A stretch of DNA of 63,210 nt, counting the filler, from Conidiobolus incongruus B7586 (lineage: Eukaryota): assembly GCA_000697335.1 (NCBI GenBank). It is 16 parts of 16 records of this genome, joined end to end, with 100 filler letters (N's around TTAATTAATTAA, not from the genome) between each part and the next. Parts side by side here need not be neighbours in the genome. Positions count along the whole stretch, not along the records: positions 12,328 to 18,449 come from JNEM01006778.1; positions 18,550 to 36,082 come from JNEM01006779.1; 14 more parts are not named here. One strand, written 5' to 3'. The translations under genes were made by a program, and so were the position numbers. Below the pieces are notes generated by a model that was given only the letters and a program-made list of their open reading frames with translations, searched no databases and was not told the DNA's origin. This document shows, piece by piece, positions 12,328 to 25,541 of this stretch. Every line of letters begins with the position of its first letter. Position 1 is the stretch's first letter.

Positions 12328-13690
12328 GGTTTTTGAGATAAAAGGATATATTTAACAATATATAACTATATCTTTTTTCTCTCTTTGTTATTATTTTATA
12401 TAATATTTTACAAATATATTAAATTTTTTTTATTAATATTATTATACTTAAATCCCTCTTTAAAAAAATCCACTTATATATTAATTAACTTTATAAAAAA
12501 GATAAATCAACTTATAATATTGTTAGAATTACTAGTGTTAACTAGTTTACTATAGTTAAAGTTATTAAGAATAATAATAAAGAAACATTTAAATTTAAAC
12601 TTAAGCATATTAAAATTATAAATAAACATGATAAGAAGTATATTTGTAGGTTAGTTAATATAAATAAATGTGGTACTATTAAAGAAATATAAGAGGAATT
12701 ATAAAACTATACAAAAATATTAGTTAGTATTAATATTATTATATGTGTTTTATATTAACATAGATATTATTTATACTTTAAGAAAAAACACCCCTAATTA
12801 AAAAAATTCTATTGTAAAATTAAGTAAAAGTTTAAATGTTATTATTAATGTTAAATTAAAACTAATTAGAGTAAGATTATTTAATCTAATAAAACAAAAA
12901 TATACCTTAATAGATTTAATAAAAAAGCTAGATATTTTAAAAAAAATACAAAACTACTTTATAACTATTATATTAATTTTACCCAAAAGTATAATAATAG
13001 GTTAATTATTATTTAAAGATATATGTTGTTTTTAGGTATAGGGTATTTTTATAAAATTAATAGGGGAATTAATACTAAAATATATTAAAATATTCTAAAC
13101 AATAAATTGAAAAAAACTATTAAATAATATAAGTTAAATAAATTTAATGTTATTTTTTAGTAAGATAATACCTTTTGTTATACTATAACTTTTATTATTA
13201 AATAGCTTAAAAATAATAAGATAATAGTTATAAAATAGCTTTTTTAATTTTTTAACTTTAATCTAATTAAACACTCTTAAGATTAATTAAAAAAAGTTAT
13301 TAAAGTTTTTCCCCCAGCAAAAAATTTAAATCAACTTTAAAAATATATTCAAGAAGTATAAAATAAAATTAACTTTTTTTAGTGTAAGAAGTTAGTTGAT
13401 TTTATACCTTACAAACTTAAAGAAGTTAAAAAAGTTAAAGGTAGATACACTAAATTTTAATTTTTTTTTATCACCAAAAACTTATAAATTTATAACTCAC
13501 CTTAGGTAAAATTTAAAGGTTTATATTTTAACCAATTAATAACTAAATATCATCATTTAATGATATATATAACTAATAAATATAATAAATTTTAATTATT
13601 TAATTTAAGTTTATTTTATTAAATATTAATTAAGTTATTAATAAAAATATAGGTGTTTTTAATTTTATAACTTACTTTTACAGGTTAGTA
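12328..13690 (+). mobile_element. Tc1 (DD34E) subfamily A1 copy, 5' end in gap
   Basis: Collinear with 59834-61192; ends CTTACTTTTACAGGTTAGTA|TA. Confidence 0.9.
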
Positions 13691-15003
13691 TATTAATAAT
13701 ATATTAATTTACAAATCCAACTAAGTTTTATAATAAATACATATTTTAAATTAAATTATTAAATAAATATTATTAAAAATAAACTTAATTCAAATTAAAA
13801 AGATTAATTATATCACTAATCATTAATTATTTAAAGTAATAGTTTAAATATATTATTTAAAATAATATATTTATTTATTATAAAAATTAAAATAATTAAT
13901 AATTAATTATATTAGGAGTTATATTTAAAAATATATTATATAATATTTGACAATGGGTTTAAGTATATATTATTGAAATAAAAAATTTTTAAAATCAAAT
14001 TAAACTTTGTTATAGATAGGTTTTTTAATATATTATTTTAGAAATCATTTAGGAAGTGTTTATTAATTAAACAAATTAAATTTGTGGCTATTTAATACCA
14101 AATAATTCAACTTCAAAAAATGCCATTTTATCAATATACTGTAATATTTATACAAGTTATTAAGTTGGCCATAATAATGAATTGAGTTAATAAAATGTTA
14201 CATAACATACAAAAACTAAGAAAATTTAAATGCTAGTTATTTCTTGAAACAACTAACTATTCTATATAGAATTTAAAGAGATATTTCAATTAAATTTCTC
14301 AATTCTTGAAATTTAAAATAATGAGTAAAGTTTGAAATTAATACTATTATTGCATATAAGCCCAAATATTTATAGATTTACTTTACATTACAGTCCGCAG
14401 TGAGTTGATCCTATTTTAAAATATTATGTACCTTATAATTTTAAGTAAGGTGGGCTTCAGTACACATTTTCATTATGCTTAACTAACCAATTTAAATAAT
14501 TTAAATTCAAAACTGTACATTCTTAATGCTTTCAAGTCTTTAAAACATATCAAAGTACATAAAGATAACTCAAACCTCAACAACCAATGAAAATTTCCTA
14601 TTGTAAAAGGAGTGAATCTAAGAATTGAGGGAATTTGAACTAACCCCTAAAACCTTTGAGATTAAAATTGGACGAAAATTTGATACTGGAGAAAAGAATT
14701 TAGTACTGAATTAGGAATGGAACTGAGAATTGGATTGAGAAAATTGGGTTAATTACAATTAATTTGATATTCTTGCTGTAATTTTTATGGTATCAAATAA
14801 ATAATAAATGGATCTTATTGGTTAATTTTAGAAATTTAATGAGTTTGATTTTGGACTGCTGTTAAATCTGAGATGGGTTGAAAAATTAGTTTAAATACTG
14901 GAGAGTTGGCAACCTGTTCATTATATTTTTTCGTTGAATTTTTGATTTTTATAAATTATTTCAACTTTTTAATTTCTATCGCCGAATATAACTTTGAATT
15001 GTA

Positions 15004-15735
15004 ATGAAATTGTATAGTATCTTAGTATTAAGTTTAGTTCGATTTGCAACTAGTAGATTCTGTCCCGAAGACGTTGTCAAAGATCAAGGGGAGGCTTGTA
15101 GAAAAGCAGCTAACGAGGTTGAGGTAAAATTTCCCAAGCTAGAGGTGTGCTTAAGGGACTCTGAACTATTCTTCAGTACTTTGGAGGACGTGTGCAAGGA
15201 TGACTGCAAAGATATAGTAGTTGCCGCTTCGAAATATGTTGCCGAGAATTGTCCAATTAAGGACCATACTTGGGAGAGAAAACCTATTTTGAATAGTTGG
15301 TTACGTTTATTCAGCAACCCTATTGGGTCATTTTTAGACAGTTCTGACCGTCTTACCTTGGTCGAAAACAATAACTCTGACGAGTTAAAGAATGGCTTAC
15401 ACATTTATTACGGGTGGAAGAACGCTACTATAACCAATTTGGCTTGTAAAAGATTTGAGGGACAACATATGCGATGCTTGAAGCAGATGATGGCAGCTTC
15501 CGATTTCATGGAGAATTACCCATACTTCAAACCCCCCGAAGGTATGACTAAAGACGAGTGGATCAGATCCGAAATTTGTTCGGAATGTCCCCGCCAATTT
15601 TATCATCTCGTCCGTGTTGGCGAGGAACCTACCCTTTACTACTGGACTATCCACAAGTCCGAAGAGTTGCACAAGGAATTGGGTACTCGTTGCGGCTATA
15701 GCAAAGAGCATCCAAAGTTTACTTTCAATTTTTAA
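15004..15735 (+). CDS. Secreted cysteine-rich protein of unknown function (243 aa)
   Basis: Intact ORF in a GC/CpG-rich island; N-terminal hydrophobic signal MKLYSILVLSLVRFATS; 11 Cys; a paralog lies at 17018-18038. Confidence 0.85.
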   Translation: MKLYSILVLSLVRFATSRFCPEDVVKDQGEACRKAANEVEVKFPKLEVCLRDSELFFSTLEDVCKDDCKDIVVAASKYVAENCPIKDHTWERKPILNSWLRLFSNPIGSFLDSSDRLTLVENNNSDELKNGLHIYYGWKNATITNLACKRFEGQHMRCLKQMMAASDFMENYPYFKPPEGMTKDEWIRSEICSECPRQFYHLVRVGEEPTLYYWTIHKSEELHKELGTRCGYSKEHPKFTFNF

Positions 15736-17017
15736 TCATGACGATTCTAATTCCAAAAAAGTGAAGGCTATCAGTGATCATGAGTCAGTAAGATTTAAGG
15801 AGTTAGTCAGGAACTTAATGTTACATTTGCCAGATGATTAATATTCTACAGATTACACAAATTTAAAAAACTCTACTAATTGTTATAAATTTATTTATAG
15901 TTTTAATAAAATATATGAATTATAATATATTTGAAAATAATCTAATTAATGGAAGCATTCATATTAATATATTTTTAATAGAATATTAAATAATTTTATC
16001 AATTTTATTAAAACATTTTTTCAATATATAATAAAAAATATAACAAATTATTTTTTACAAATTGAAAACTCAATTAAAACATCTAATTAAAAATTATCAA
16101 TATTTAGCATTTTCAGCTTATATACTTAATTTGCTTAATTTTAAAAAAAATTGAATGCCACTTTTGAGATAAGTAAATTATTATATTTAATAATTCTTAG
16201 TAATTAGGTAATATTGGACTATTCATTATACTATTAAATACTCAATACTTCAATATTATATTAAGATTAATTATATATAAATTGTGATATGATATGATAT
16301 AATATTTTTTAAATTAAAATCTTTAATTATATTATTATATTCTATGTGATATATAAAAATATTTTGATAAATTGATATATTATTATTTAAAATCAAAATT
16401 ATTTAAAATTTTCATTATATGATCTAGTTATAAAATAATATATTTTTTATACTTTATCTAAAATTTCAGTATACGTTTCCATTTATTATTAGAAGTTTAA
16501 ATTGATATAATAAACAAATTTGTATATTCATTTAGCCAAATATTAATTCCTATTTGATCAATTAAGTTCAAAAAAATATTTTTATTTGTAATTTCTGTAG
16601 TTATATATTATTATAATTATTATAGCATAATAAGTCATATAGTAATTATTCAAGTAAGTTCAAGGCATATTTCCAATAATTAATCTAATTTAGGTCTTAA
16701 AACAAAATTATTCAAATTGATATATTTAAGCAAAATTAACTCTATATATTTCTTAACCATTTGAAACTAAAGAAATAACTATATTAGGTGAACTTCAACA
16801 AATTTCAACTTTAACTAAAATCCATTAAGTTTCTTGAAATCAAAGAATAGTAATGCAAATTTGGAGTATATTTCATAGACTAATTAGTATTTTTCACCTA
16901 TTTTAGTACAGTAAGATATATTGTAAAATATTATGTATAGAATATATAGTTCTAAGCTGCAATGTTGTTATTAAAACTTTTTGTAGTAAAATGTTATTAA
17001 TTATATTATAAAATAAT

Positions 17018-18038
17018 ATGAGAATTAAATTAACAGTCATATCCAGTTTAATTTAATTGTAAATTTGTAAATTTGTTTCTAATTCCATTGCCAAATATCA
17101 GGACAAGGCATGCCAGTATGTGGAAAACGACTTAGAGATGAAATTTCCGAAACTGGAGCCATGCTTCAAGTATACGGGACTGTATACGAGTAGTTTGGAG
17201 TACATTTACAAAGCCAACTGTTCGAATTCCGTTGTAGAAGCTTTGCAATACATTGCCAAGAATTGTCCGATTAAAGATGGTAGTTACTATAGACATAATC
17301 ATGGGATTCACCTTCACCACAGTTGGAAGAATTTTGACATTACAAAATTGGCATGCAAAAAATTTAAAGGTCAGCGTCACAAACACTTGAATCAAATGAG
17401 GATTTCGCAACAATTTAGAGAGAATATCGATAATAAAACTCCGCTGGAAGGGGAGGATAAAGACTAGTGGATTAAGTCCAATATTTATTCGGAGTGGACT
17501 AAGTGCTTGTATCGTAAAATTGAAGTTGGAGAGGAGCCCATTCTCTATATTATGGGACATGTGTATCCTCAATTAATGTAGGGATGAAAAAAATGATGCA
17601 AGCTTGGACCAAGACAAAGATGATGATGACGATGACAATTTGAACCATAGTAAAGGTGGCACTCCAATATCACGTAAATCTGAGGAGAATGTCGAAAGTA
17701 AGGAAGCTGGTAGTAGTATATCAGAGGCGAGTCAGGATCAACCCTAAGGAGATAAACAAGTTGATGAAAAGATCGGATCTATCGAGAAATTAGATAACAC
17801 GAAGGATCAAGCTGACATCACCACTGAAGAATCCCCAATCAAATCTGATAATTATATGAATAAAACACCTAACAATGATACCAACGAGGACAAATCCGAT
17901 AGTGAGGAAGTAAGCTCAGAAAAAGTCAATTCCAAAACAGATTCAGCAGCTTAAAGTCAAGTAGAAACTAAAGATAAACTAGTACCTGCAGCCGATACGA
18001 AACCGGATGGAACTGACGTGGATGCTACCCCAAAGTAG
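17018..18038 (+). pseudogene. Pseudogenised paralog of the 15004 protein with an acidic low-complexity tail
   Basis: ATG 17018 in frame: MRIKLTVISSLI*L*ICKF...ACQYVENDLEMKFPKLEPC...KNCPIKD...LACKKFKGQ...KD*WIKSNIYSEW...VGEEPILY, matching KFPKLEVC, NCPIKD, LACKRFEGQ, KDEWIRSEICSEC and VGEEPTLY. A D/E/S/K-rich frame with two more stops then runs to TAG 18036-18038. Confidence 0.85.
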
Positions 18039-18899
18039 CTCTATCTCTATTTGAACAAGTAGCCAAATCAGCATAAGGTTCCTAATCAAATGCAATAAAT
18101 TAATTATGATCAAATTTTTCAATATTAAATGGATATTTTATAGTATATAAATTTTATTAATTATATAGTATTATTACTGAATTGAATAAATGAAAAAAAT
18201 TTAATTTTTGGTTTTGAAAACATATTATTAATTTTAAAAAAATTAATATATATAATATTTTAATTATTAAAAAAATTAACTTTTTAAATATTTTTGTTTA
18301 TTTTAATTATATTAAAAGTAAATAATATTTATTAATAGTTTTTTATTTTATAATTAATAATATTTAACTATATATATATTTCAAAATTATATAAAATTTA
18401 TCAATATATTTTAAATATGATATTTTTTAATTAACTATTTATTGCTAAGNNNNNNNNNNNNNNNNNNNNNNNNNNNNNNNNNNNNNNNNNNNNTTAATTA
18501 ATTAANNNNNNNNNNNNNNNNNNNNNNNNNNNNNNNNNNNNNNNNNNNNTTAAAAAAAATTAAATCAATAATATAATTATTATTAATTCTTGAAATAATA
18601 TTATTATTAATTAATATTTTTAATTTTATTTAAGTAAATTTATTATTTGACATAATAATTATGAAAAATACTATTAAAGTTTGAAAAATATTTTAATTAT
18701 TTTTAATTAGAAATAATTGCTTTATTTACTATTATTAGTCGATTTAAATTATAAAAAATTTTGAGATTTAAATTAAATAGATAATTTAATATATAAATTA
18801 CAAAAATAAATATATATCATAAAATCTATATATTATTTTAATATCAATATCCCTTAATTATACTTTTAATAAGTTTTAATTATTTAAAAAATTATATTT

Positions 18900-19280
18900 T
18901 TTATTTAAAATTAAAATTTAATATTTTATTAACTAATTAAATTCTTTTATTGAAATTTTCTTACTTATATGCTAATTTTTAAATTTTAAAAACAATTATA
19001 TTTATATAAGCTATTATTTAGTAAGTATACTAGATATGGTAATTTTCTTTAATTATTTTTAATCAAAAATTTTTTATAACTTTAATTTTATATATTTTAT
19101 AATAACTATGTAAAATAACAAATATCCTTATATTATCTTGAAAATATTAACTAGAAATAAATTTATTAATAAAAACAATATAAATTTTATTTTTAGTTTA
19201 TTTTCTCTTAAATACTAAATAAAAATAATATACACTATTATAGTTTATTAAAAAAATGAATATTTAATTATAAATAAATT
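18900..19280 (-). mobile_element. Highly decayed mariner fragment (catalytic region); ends approximate
   Basis: Collinear with 40250-40620. Confidence 0.7.
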
Positions 19281-20818
19281 AACTTACTTAGCTTATAAAA
19301 TATTAAATTTTAGTCTTTAATAAAAATATTATTTTTTAGATATAAAAGACTTGATAAAATATGGCAAAAAATTAATAATAAAATAAGTATTTATTTTATA
19401 TTATGTATTAATCTTGATTAAACATATTATAATAATTATATTTAATTGTAATTTCAAAACTATGATATTATTTAATTTCTACACTAATAATAATGAAACT
19501 AGTATAAATATTATAAGAATTACAGTCAAGTTAATAATTAAATTAATTGAATGAAAACAAGGCTTAAAATGAATTTTAAATATATTTTTAATTATAATTA
19601 ATTATAGTATAAAATAGAATAACATTATATTACAACTGATTAAAAGTCTTAGAAATTTTAATATAATATATTTGTTAAACCTATATAATTTTTGTAGAAG
19701 GTAATCCAAGTAGAAATTTAAAATATTTTTGTATATATTGAATAACTGTTAAATATTCAATAAAATCAAGAATTTCTAATTTTATTCTTATATCACGCAG
19801 TAAAATACTGACAAAATTTAATTATCAAAAAAATGAACTTAAGAGTTATAGTGAAGCCAAAACTTTAAATCAATTAAATATAACTTTAATCAGCTATATT
19901 TATATCTAAAAAGGTTTAATCATTAGAAATACTGGCTTTTGGTGAATCTATCTAAACTTTTATATTGAATTTGAAATTGATTGGTCTAAGTTGAAATAGT
20001 GACAAATTTTCAAAAAGATTTAAAATATTGAATTGATGTAAAAGAATTAAGTTACAATATTGATTATCTATACTAATTATAGTAATTATTTAAACTAAGC
20101 AATCACAACAGGTTTACTTAAGTAAACAATTTAAAGAGTATAAATATAAATTATAATAGTTTCATATATATATTAATTCCATATATGATTAATTTAATCA
20201 AATTGAATCATTCATTTCTATTATTGTTATTATTAAATTTTGTTCATAATCCAATAATATTATTCAAATTACTTCAAAAACAATTCTTTTATCAATATTA
20301 TATTGAATATTTATGTTAATTTTATATTAGGAATTTTGGGATAAAATTATTGACAATTAGCGATGATGGTGGTTGATATTGTCATTTTTACAAATTGTAA
20401 CTTTGAAAATCAGTTTAAGTTCTAAGCTTAAATCTAAGTGTTGAATTGTAATGAGTATGTTTAATTAAATCACTACTACTGCTAATACTACAAAATTTGT
20501 AATATACAAAAATGGATTTCATAGTGACATCAATATGACTGAATAAGTGACAAATTAAGAATGAAAAAAATCACTCCTTAATTTAATAAAATTTACAAAA
20601 CAGTCACAATGGTTCACATTTGGACCAATCACTTTGTTAGGAATTATTCAGGAGTATTAACAACATTTCAGAGTATAAATTGAGAGAATATCAAAACTAA
20701 AATTTTAAGTCCTTTGAAATTTGAGTGATTATAAATTTATATATTAAAAAATTAATTTAGTGTATATTAAAATAAATTACAATATTGTATATTATTAAAA
20801 TTTTTGAAAGTTTCTACA

Positions 20819-23011
20819 ATGTCAGATTTAGATTCCAACAAAGATAAGCTCTATTCCTTCAGTCCCGCTCTTCCCAACGATAAGCGCGTGTCATTAGCCA
20901 AAAATCCCGACGATGGGAGTGTAATACCACGATTGGATGAAGCGGGACATATTCAGCAGCCAAAATTGACTAAGGTTAAGGATGTGAGTCCCAATTTCGG
21001 TACAGATTTACCCAATTTAGAATTGGAGGAGGATAAAAGTAAGTTGAATGTGGAGTTGGATGGAAATAGTAATATCAAAACGATAGATGAAGCTAAGGTA
21101 GGTAATTTGAACGACGCAAGCCCCAATTCGGATCATACCGGAGATTTCGTCATTGTGACTACAGAGGGGGAGAAGACTGGTGATATGGGATTCCAGCTGG
21201 GACGATCCCCTGGCAATCAGCACCAGAATGTGTTGAAAGACGATAAAGAAACTTCAGAATTGTTACAATCGTTCGATGGCGAAAGGACCAAAGTAACTGT
21301 GAAAAATTCCGAAATTTCGGCGGTAGAGATCGAGAGAACAGAGTCCAGCGAGCCGTTGGTTGGGGTGGAGCAGAGATTGACCAAGCAGCCGCAGATTTTG
21401 CCACAAAGTTTCGAGGGGAAAGCTACTCACGTGGTGATTCAGAATCCCGATTTCAAAATGAATGAAATATTGTCTGCTACAAACCGGTCTAATGAATCCA
21501 AAACTGTCGATGACAATATGAACAGTGACTGCGAAGCTTTTAAAGTGTCGGATATTGTACCAAGCATTCCAGATAGTAACCCATCGAAATTGGTAACGCT
21601 TGGGACCACAGCACACTTGAAAGAGCAATTAACCACATCATCCAATACTGTTGCCTCAACATTTAATGGCGATCCTGTCCAAGTCACAGTACAACGACCC
21701 GAAAATCGTCGCAGCTCCACTAATTCTCTAGACTCTTACGACGGCGAATCCACTAAGGTTGAAATTCACAGTCCCGGCTCACTCCTCTCTGAAACTTTGG
21801 ACTTTCAATTCAATCCGCAAGAGACTATCATTGGCGACTCAATGCATTTGACTAATGGACTCCACAATCGTAAAGATTCGTTGCATTCTTTTGATGGCGA
21901 ACCTACGAAAGTGAAGGTTTTAAATTCCAAAAACGAAGTTGGCAATTCTTTGGATTCAGAATTGAATGTAGGTCAACTAACTCAGCAGTCATCAACTTTG
22001 CCTCAATCATTTTCTGGAGTTCCTACACATTTGGAGGTTCAGAATGCTGACAAGGATTTGAATAATAATAATAATAATAATAATTCAATTGGAATTGAAG
22101 ACTTGCCAATGGTGTCACATTCCTTAGATCCTGAGGAACCCATGAAAAATCGAGATATAACCAACACAAATTCGGAAGGCGCCTCCAAATCAAATGCAGC
22201 GCAAGATGACGATAATGAAAAATTCTACGACGTTTACGAAGCTCCAGAACTCGATTCATTCGTTAATAAGGACATTTCTATCACCAATAACAAGGTATCT
22301 CCATCCTCCAAAAAAGTTCAATTTGACACTGGAGCTCAATCCGAAGATGAGGAAGAAGACGAAGATAATGACGAAGATGTCAACTACTACAAAATCTTAA
22401 CACTTCCAAGCTATCCCAAACACATTCCATCTGTCGAAGTGATAACCAACATGTACAAAAAGCACATCCTCATGGCACAATTTGACAAGTATGAATATCT
22501 CACATCCCACCATAAAGAGCCTCTTACCGAAGACTCGGAAATTGAGATGCGCCTCAAAGCAATCACAGAAAGTTACTTAGTGCTGACGGATTCTCAAGAA
22601 AAGTTGAGATATTTCCGCCACCGTATGCATACTCCCACAGAGGAGTTCGAATTCGACTATGACAGCCTAGTCCCTAAGAATTACGACCTAATATTTTGCA
22701 AAGTCTTCCACGAGGATTTAGTATTTCCACTATTCCCTCCAAGATTTTTCTTCATTCCAATCACCATTGTACTTGGCTACATCTTGGGCTTCTACTACTA
22801 CGGCTTCATAGGTCTAATCCTTGGAGGCTACTTATTCAGTTACCTTGGAGATTATTTGGACACTAGACCCAACTGTAGTACTATTACAAAATGGAATACT
22901 TTGAATGAGAATCAGAGGAAAGCATGTATTCACGGATTGATAAGGAAGTTTTTTGAGAATAGAGAAGGGTATTATATTGATATTAGGGCTAGTGATTTTA
23001 AATTTGTTTAA
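20819..23011 (+). CDS. 730-aa protein: long disordered N-terminus with six short repeats, degenerate J-domain (no HPD) and C-terminal membrane hairpin
   Basis: First ATG at 20819 (the ORF track starts at TTG 20804). NYYKIL...ITNMYKKHILMAQFDK...LKAITESYLVLTDSQEKLRY follows J-domain helices I-IV; hydrophobic FFFIPITIVLGYILGFYYYGFIGLILGGYLFSYLG follows. Confidence 0.85.
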   Translation: MSDLDSNKDKLYSFSPALPNDKRVSLAKNPDDGSVIPRLDEAGHIQQPKLTKVKDVSPNFGTDLPNLELEEDKSKLNVELDGNSNIKTIDEAKVGNLNDASPNSDHTGDFVIVTTEGEKTGDMGFQLGRSPGNQHQNVLKDDKETSELLQSFDGERTKVTVKNSEISAVEIERTESSEPLVGVEQRLTKQPQILPQSFEGKATHVVIQNPDFKMNEILSATNRSNESKTVDDNMNSDCEAFKVSDIVPSIPDSNPSKLVTLGTTAHLKEQLTTSSNTVASTFNGDPVQVTVQRPENRRSSTNSLDSYDGESTKVEIHSPGSLLSETLDFQFNPQETIIGDSMHLTNGLHNRKDSLHSFDGEPTKVKVLNSKNEVGNSLDSELNVGQLTQQSSTLPQSFSGVPTHLEVQNADKDLNNNNNNNNSIGIEDLPMVSHSLDPEEPMKNRDITNTNSEGASKSNAAQDDDNEKFYDVYEAPELDSFVNKDISITNNKVSPSSKKVQFDTGAQSEDEEEDEDNDEDVNYYKILTLPSYPKHIPSVEVITNMYKKHILMAQFDKYEYLTSHHKEPLTEDSEIEMRLKAITESYLVLTDSQEKLRYFRHRMHTPTEEFEFDYDSLVPKNYDLIFCKVFHEDLVFPLFPPRFFFIPITIVLGYILGFYYYGFIGLILGGYLFSYLGDYLDTRPNCSTITKWNTLNENQRKACIHGLIRKFFENREGYYIDIRASDFKFV

Positions 23012-23866
23012 AATTTAAATGATAATGATATAATAATGTTTTTGGATTGTTAAGTTGAACTTTTTTAATAAATTATTCTTTTTTCATAAAGAAAATATGT
23101 TTTTAATTAATTTCTAAACAAAATTTTCAAATAGTAATATATTATTCATAATCAATGATTATAATGATTAAAAAAATTTTATATTAAAATTCACTCATTA
23201 AAATTTTTATTAACAAAATATTATTCAATATCTAGAAATATAATTATATAAATAAAATTATTATGTTTTTTAAAAATAGATAATTATTTATATTGAATTA
23301 ATTATTATTTCCTTATTTTTTTATTAATGATTTATAATATATATTTCAATTTTTGCAAATAAACTCAATTGTCTCAACAATAAATTTTATATATGGTTGT
23401 CTTTTCAAAGTATTAGCGACTTTAAATAAAAATAGGGGAAAATGGTTTTTTTGAAGTATAATTAATTATAAAATTACTAATATAAAATACTTTTAGGAGT
23501 TAAACTGTATTAAACAACTTAAAAACTTTTCTAAAGGTATTTATTTTATGTTTATAACTTAATTATTACTTAAACATAATTAAAAAATAAACAGAAATAT
23601 GATGCAATATAAAAATATAACAAAATAAAGGATTTTTTATGAATTAATTAAAAACTTTTTTTTATATTAGTAAACTTTGAATAAGTGGTTCATTTTGTTT
23701 ATAAAAGAATAATAGAAAATTTTTAATCTTAAGCTTAATTTAAATATCTCATCAATTTCCTAATTTGGAGTGAAGACTGTATTCCAAGGATAGGATCAAA
23801 AAATTACATGATATTTATATTCAAAACATAATACAGCAACCAAAAGGAATTAGACACTCAGTCTGG

Positions 23867-23870
<4 letters not shown>

Positions 23871-23902
<32 letters not shown>
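23871..23902. repeat. (TA)n microsatellite
   Basis: Perfect TA run; shorter runs at ~3542-3564 and ~12177-12196. Confidence 0.9.
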
Positions 23903-23906
<4 letters not shown>

Positions 23907-24880
23907 TTTTGGTAAGTAGTTATGATATAACATATTATTTTATTTTTATTAACCTTCCAGCTTTCTATATTCAATTCACTTAATGATTTCTTATATTCTT
24001 AATAACTTTGGCTATATTGAAATATACAAAATAATTTGATAACACTAATATTTTTAATATATATTATTCTAATAAATATTCAGTATATTTAATTATCAAA
24101 TACTATGTTATTTATTGACAATGTATGATTGATATTCAATGATATTTTATTTTGATATTAATGACAAGGTTGAATTTAAGTAAATAATCTAAATCCAGTT
24201 TTAAAAAAATGCCAAGTTAACATATATATATATATTGCAAAACCATATTTTTAAGGTATTTAAACTTAGTGATTAAACTCTATTATGAAAGTTTGAAAGA
24301 CTCCTAATATCTCACTTGAGTAAAATTTGCATCATTTTGTCATTAATATCCATATTTTCTTTAATAAAGTCACCACGTTTAAGTTTATTTCAATCATTTT
24401 TAAATTCTATAAAATTTTCTAGAAATAATCCTTATTTTATATCAAATTATCAAATTTTTAATATTATAATACTTACCTTTGTTAACTGTCAAATCCAATT
24501 AGGGTTAATTACGCCAACATTTCATCACCACTCATTACCAAGCTCAAGAATTCATGCAGTTATAAATTGGATGTTAATTCCCATCCATACAAACAATAAT
24601 CAATTAAATAAACATCACAACTTTTATTCAACTCAAATTCTAAAAAAAATTAGCATCAAGTTCAATATCACAATAAATTTAACCCCCATAACTTAGTAAA
24701 TCACCACTTGATATTAATGAAATCATCTTGACTTATATGAATTCATCAATATAATGAATATTTTACTATTTAAAATTTTCAGGAGTATTTTCAAAATCCT
24801 TAAAAAATACCCAAACACCATGAAAAATTTAACTAGTTCCAGAAGAAATAAATTACTGGCAAGAGCTAAAAAAACTAATT

Positions 24881-24914
24881 ATTAATTAATTAATTAATTA
24901 ATTAATTAATTAAT
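24881..24914. repeat. (TTAA)n tandem repeat
   Basis: ATTAATTAATTAATT... run with no flanking Ns. Confidence 0.85.
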
Positions 24915-25541
24915 TTTCATAGCCTATAAAATTTCATAACATTCAAATTTTTTTATTGTCTCATTTAACTCTCAACTTTAAAATTATTTTGAATTCATTG
25001 CCATTAATTAAATTGATTCTGTGTTACAATAATTGTACTTTGATGATTAAAATTCAATGGTTGATTGAGAGTGTATAGTTAATTCATAATGGATATAAAT
25101 TGACGACTTAATAATACATTAACACTAATTAGAAACTGACTTAATGACTTATTATTAAGTCCATATGAAAATCCCATAATAATAAATCCTTGGGACTTGA
25201 CAACTCTTGTATTATTAATATGAATTCCGATTTAAAAAATAAATAATATTTAGTTTATTAATAACTGAAATATTAAAATAATAAACTTTATTATAAAAGA
25301 TTTTTAAAATTTATTAAAAAGAAATATTATTTATTATTAATTAAAATTGATATTGATTATTAAAGTTTTTTATTTTGTAAATTTATTTTATTTTAGCATT
25401 TGGAATAATAAAATCAGTTTGAGTGTTTGGAAATAGTTGAATATAACTCTAATTTGATTTATTAGGTAATTATTCTTTATTTAAACTTTTCATATTTTTT
25501 TTTAATTTTAAATTTTTAGATTAACTTTTGAAAAAAGCGTA

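Noticed and set aside
1..14000. Extreme AT-richness suggesting mitochondrial DNA or a NUMT
   Set aside because: Explained by hypermutated nuclear TEs; no mitochondrial genes are recognisable.
24316..24696. 126-aa ORF upstream of SLP1
   Set aside because: TTG start, AT-driven I/N/F/K composition, no motif, lacks the GC rise seen in real exons.
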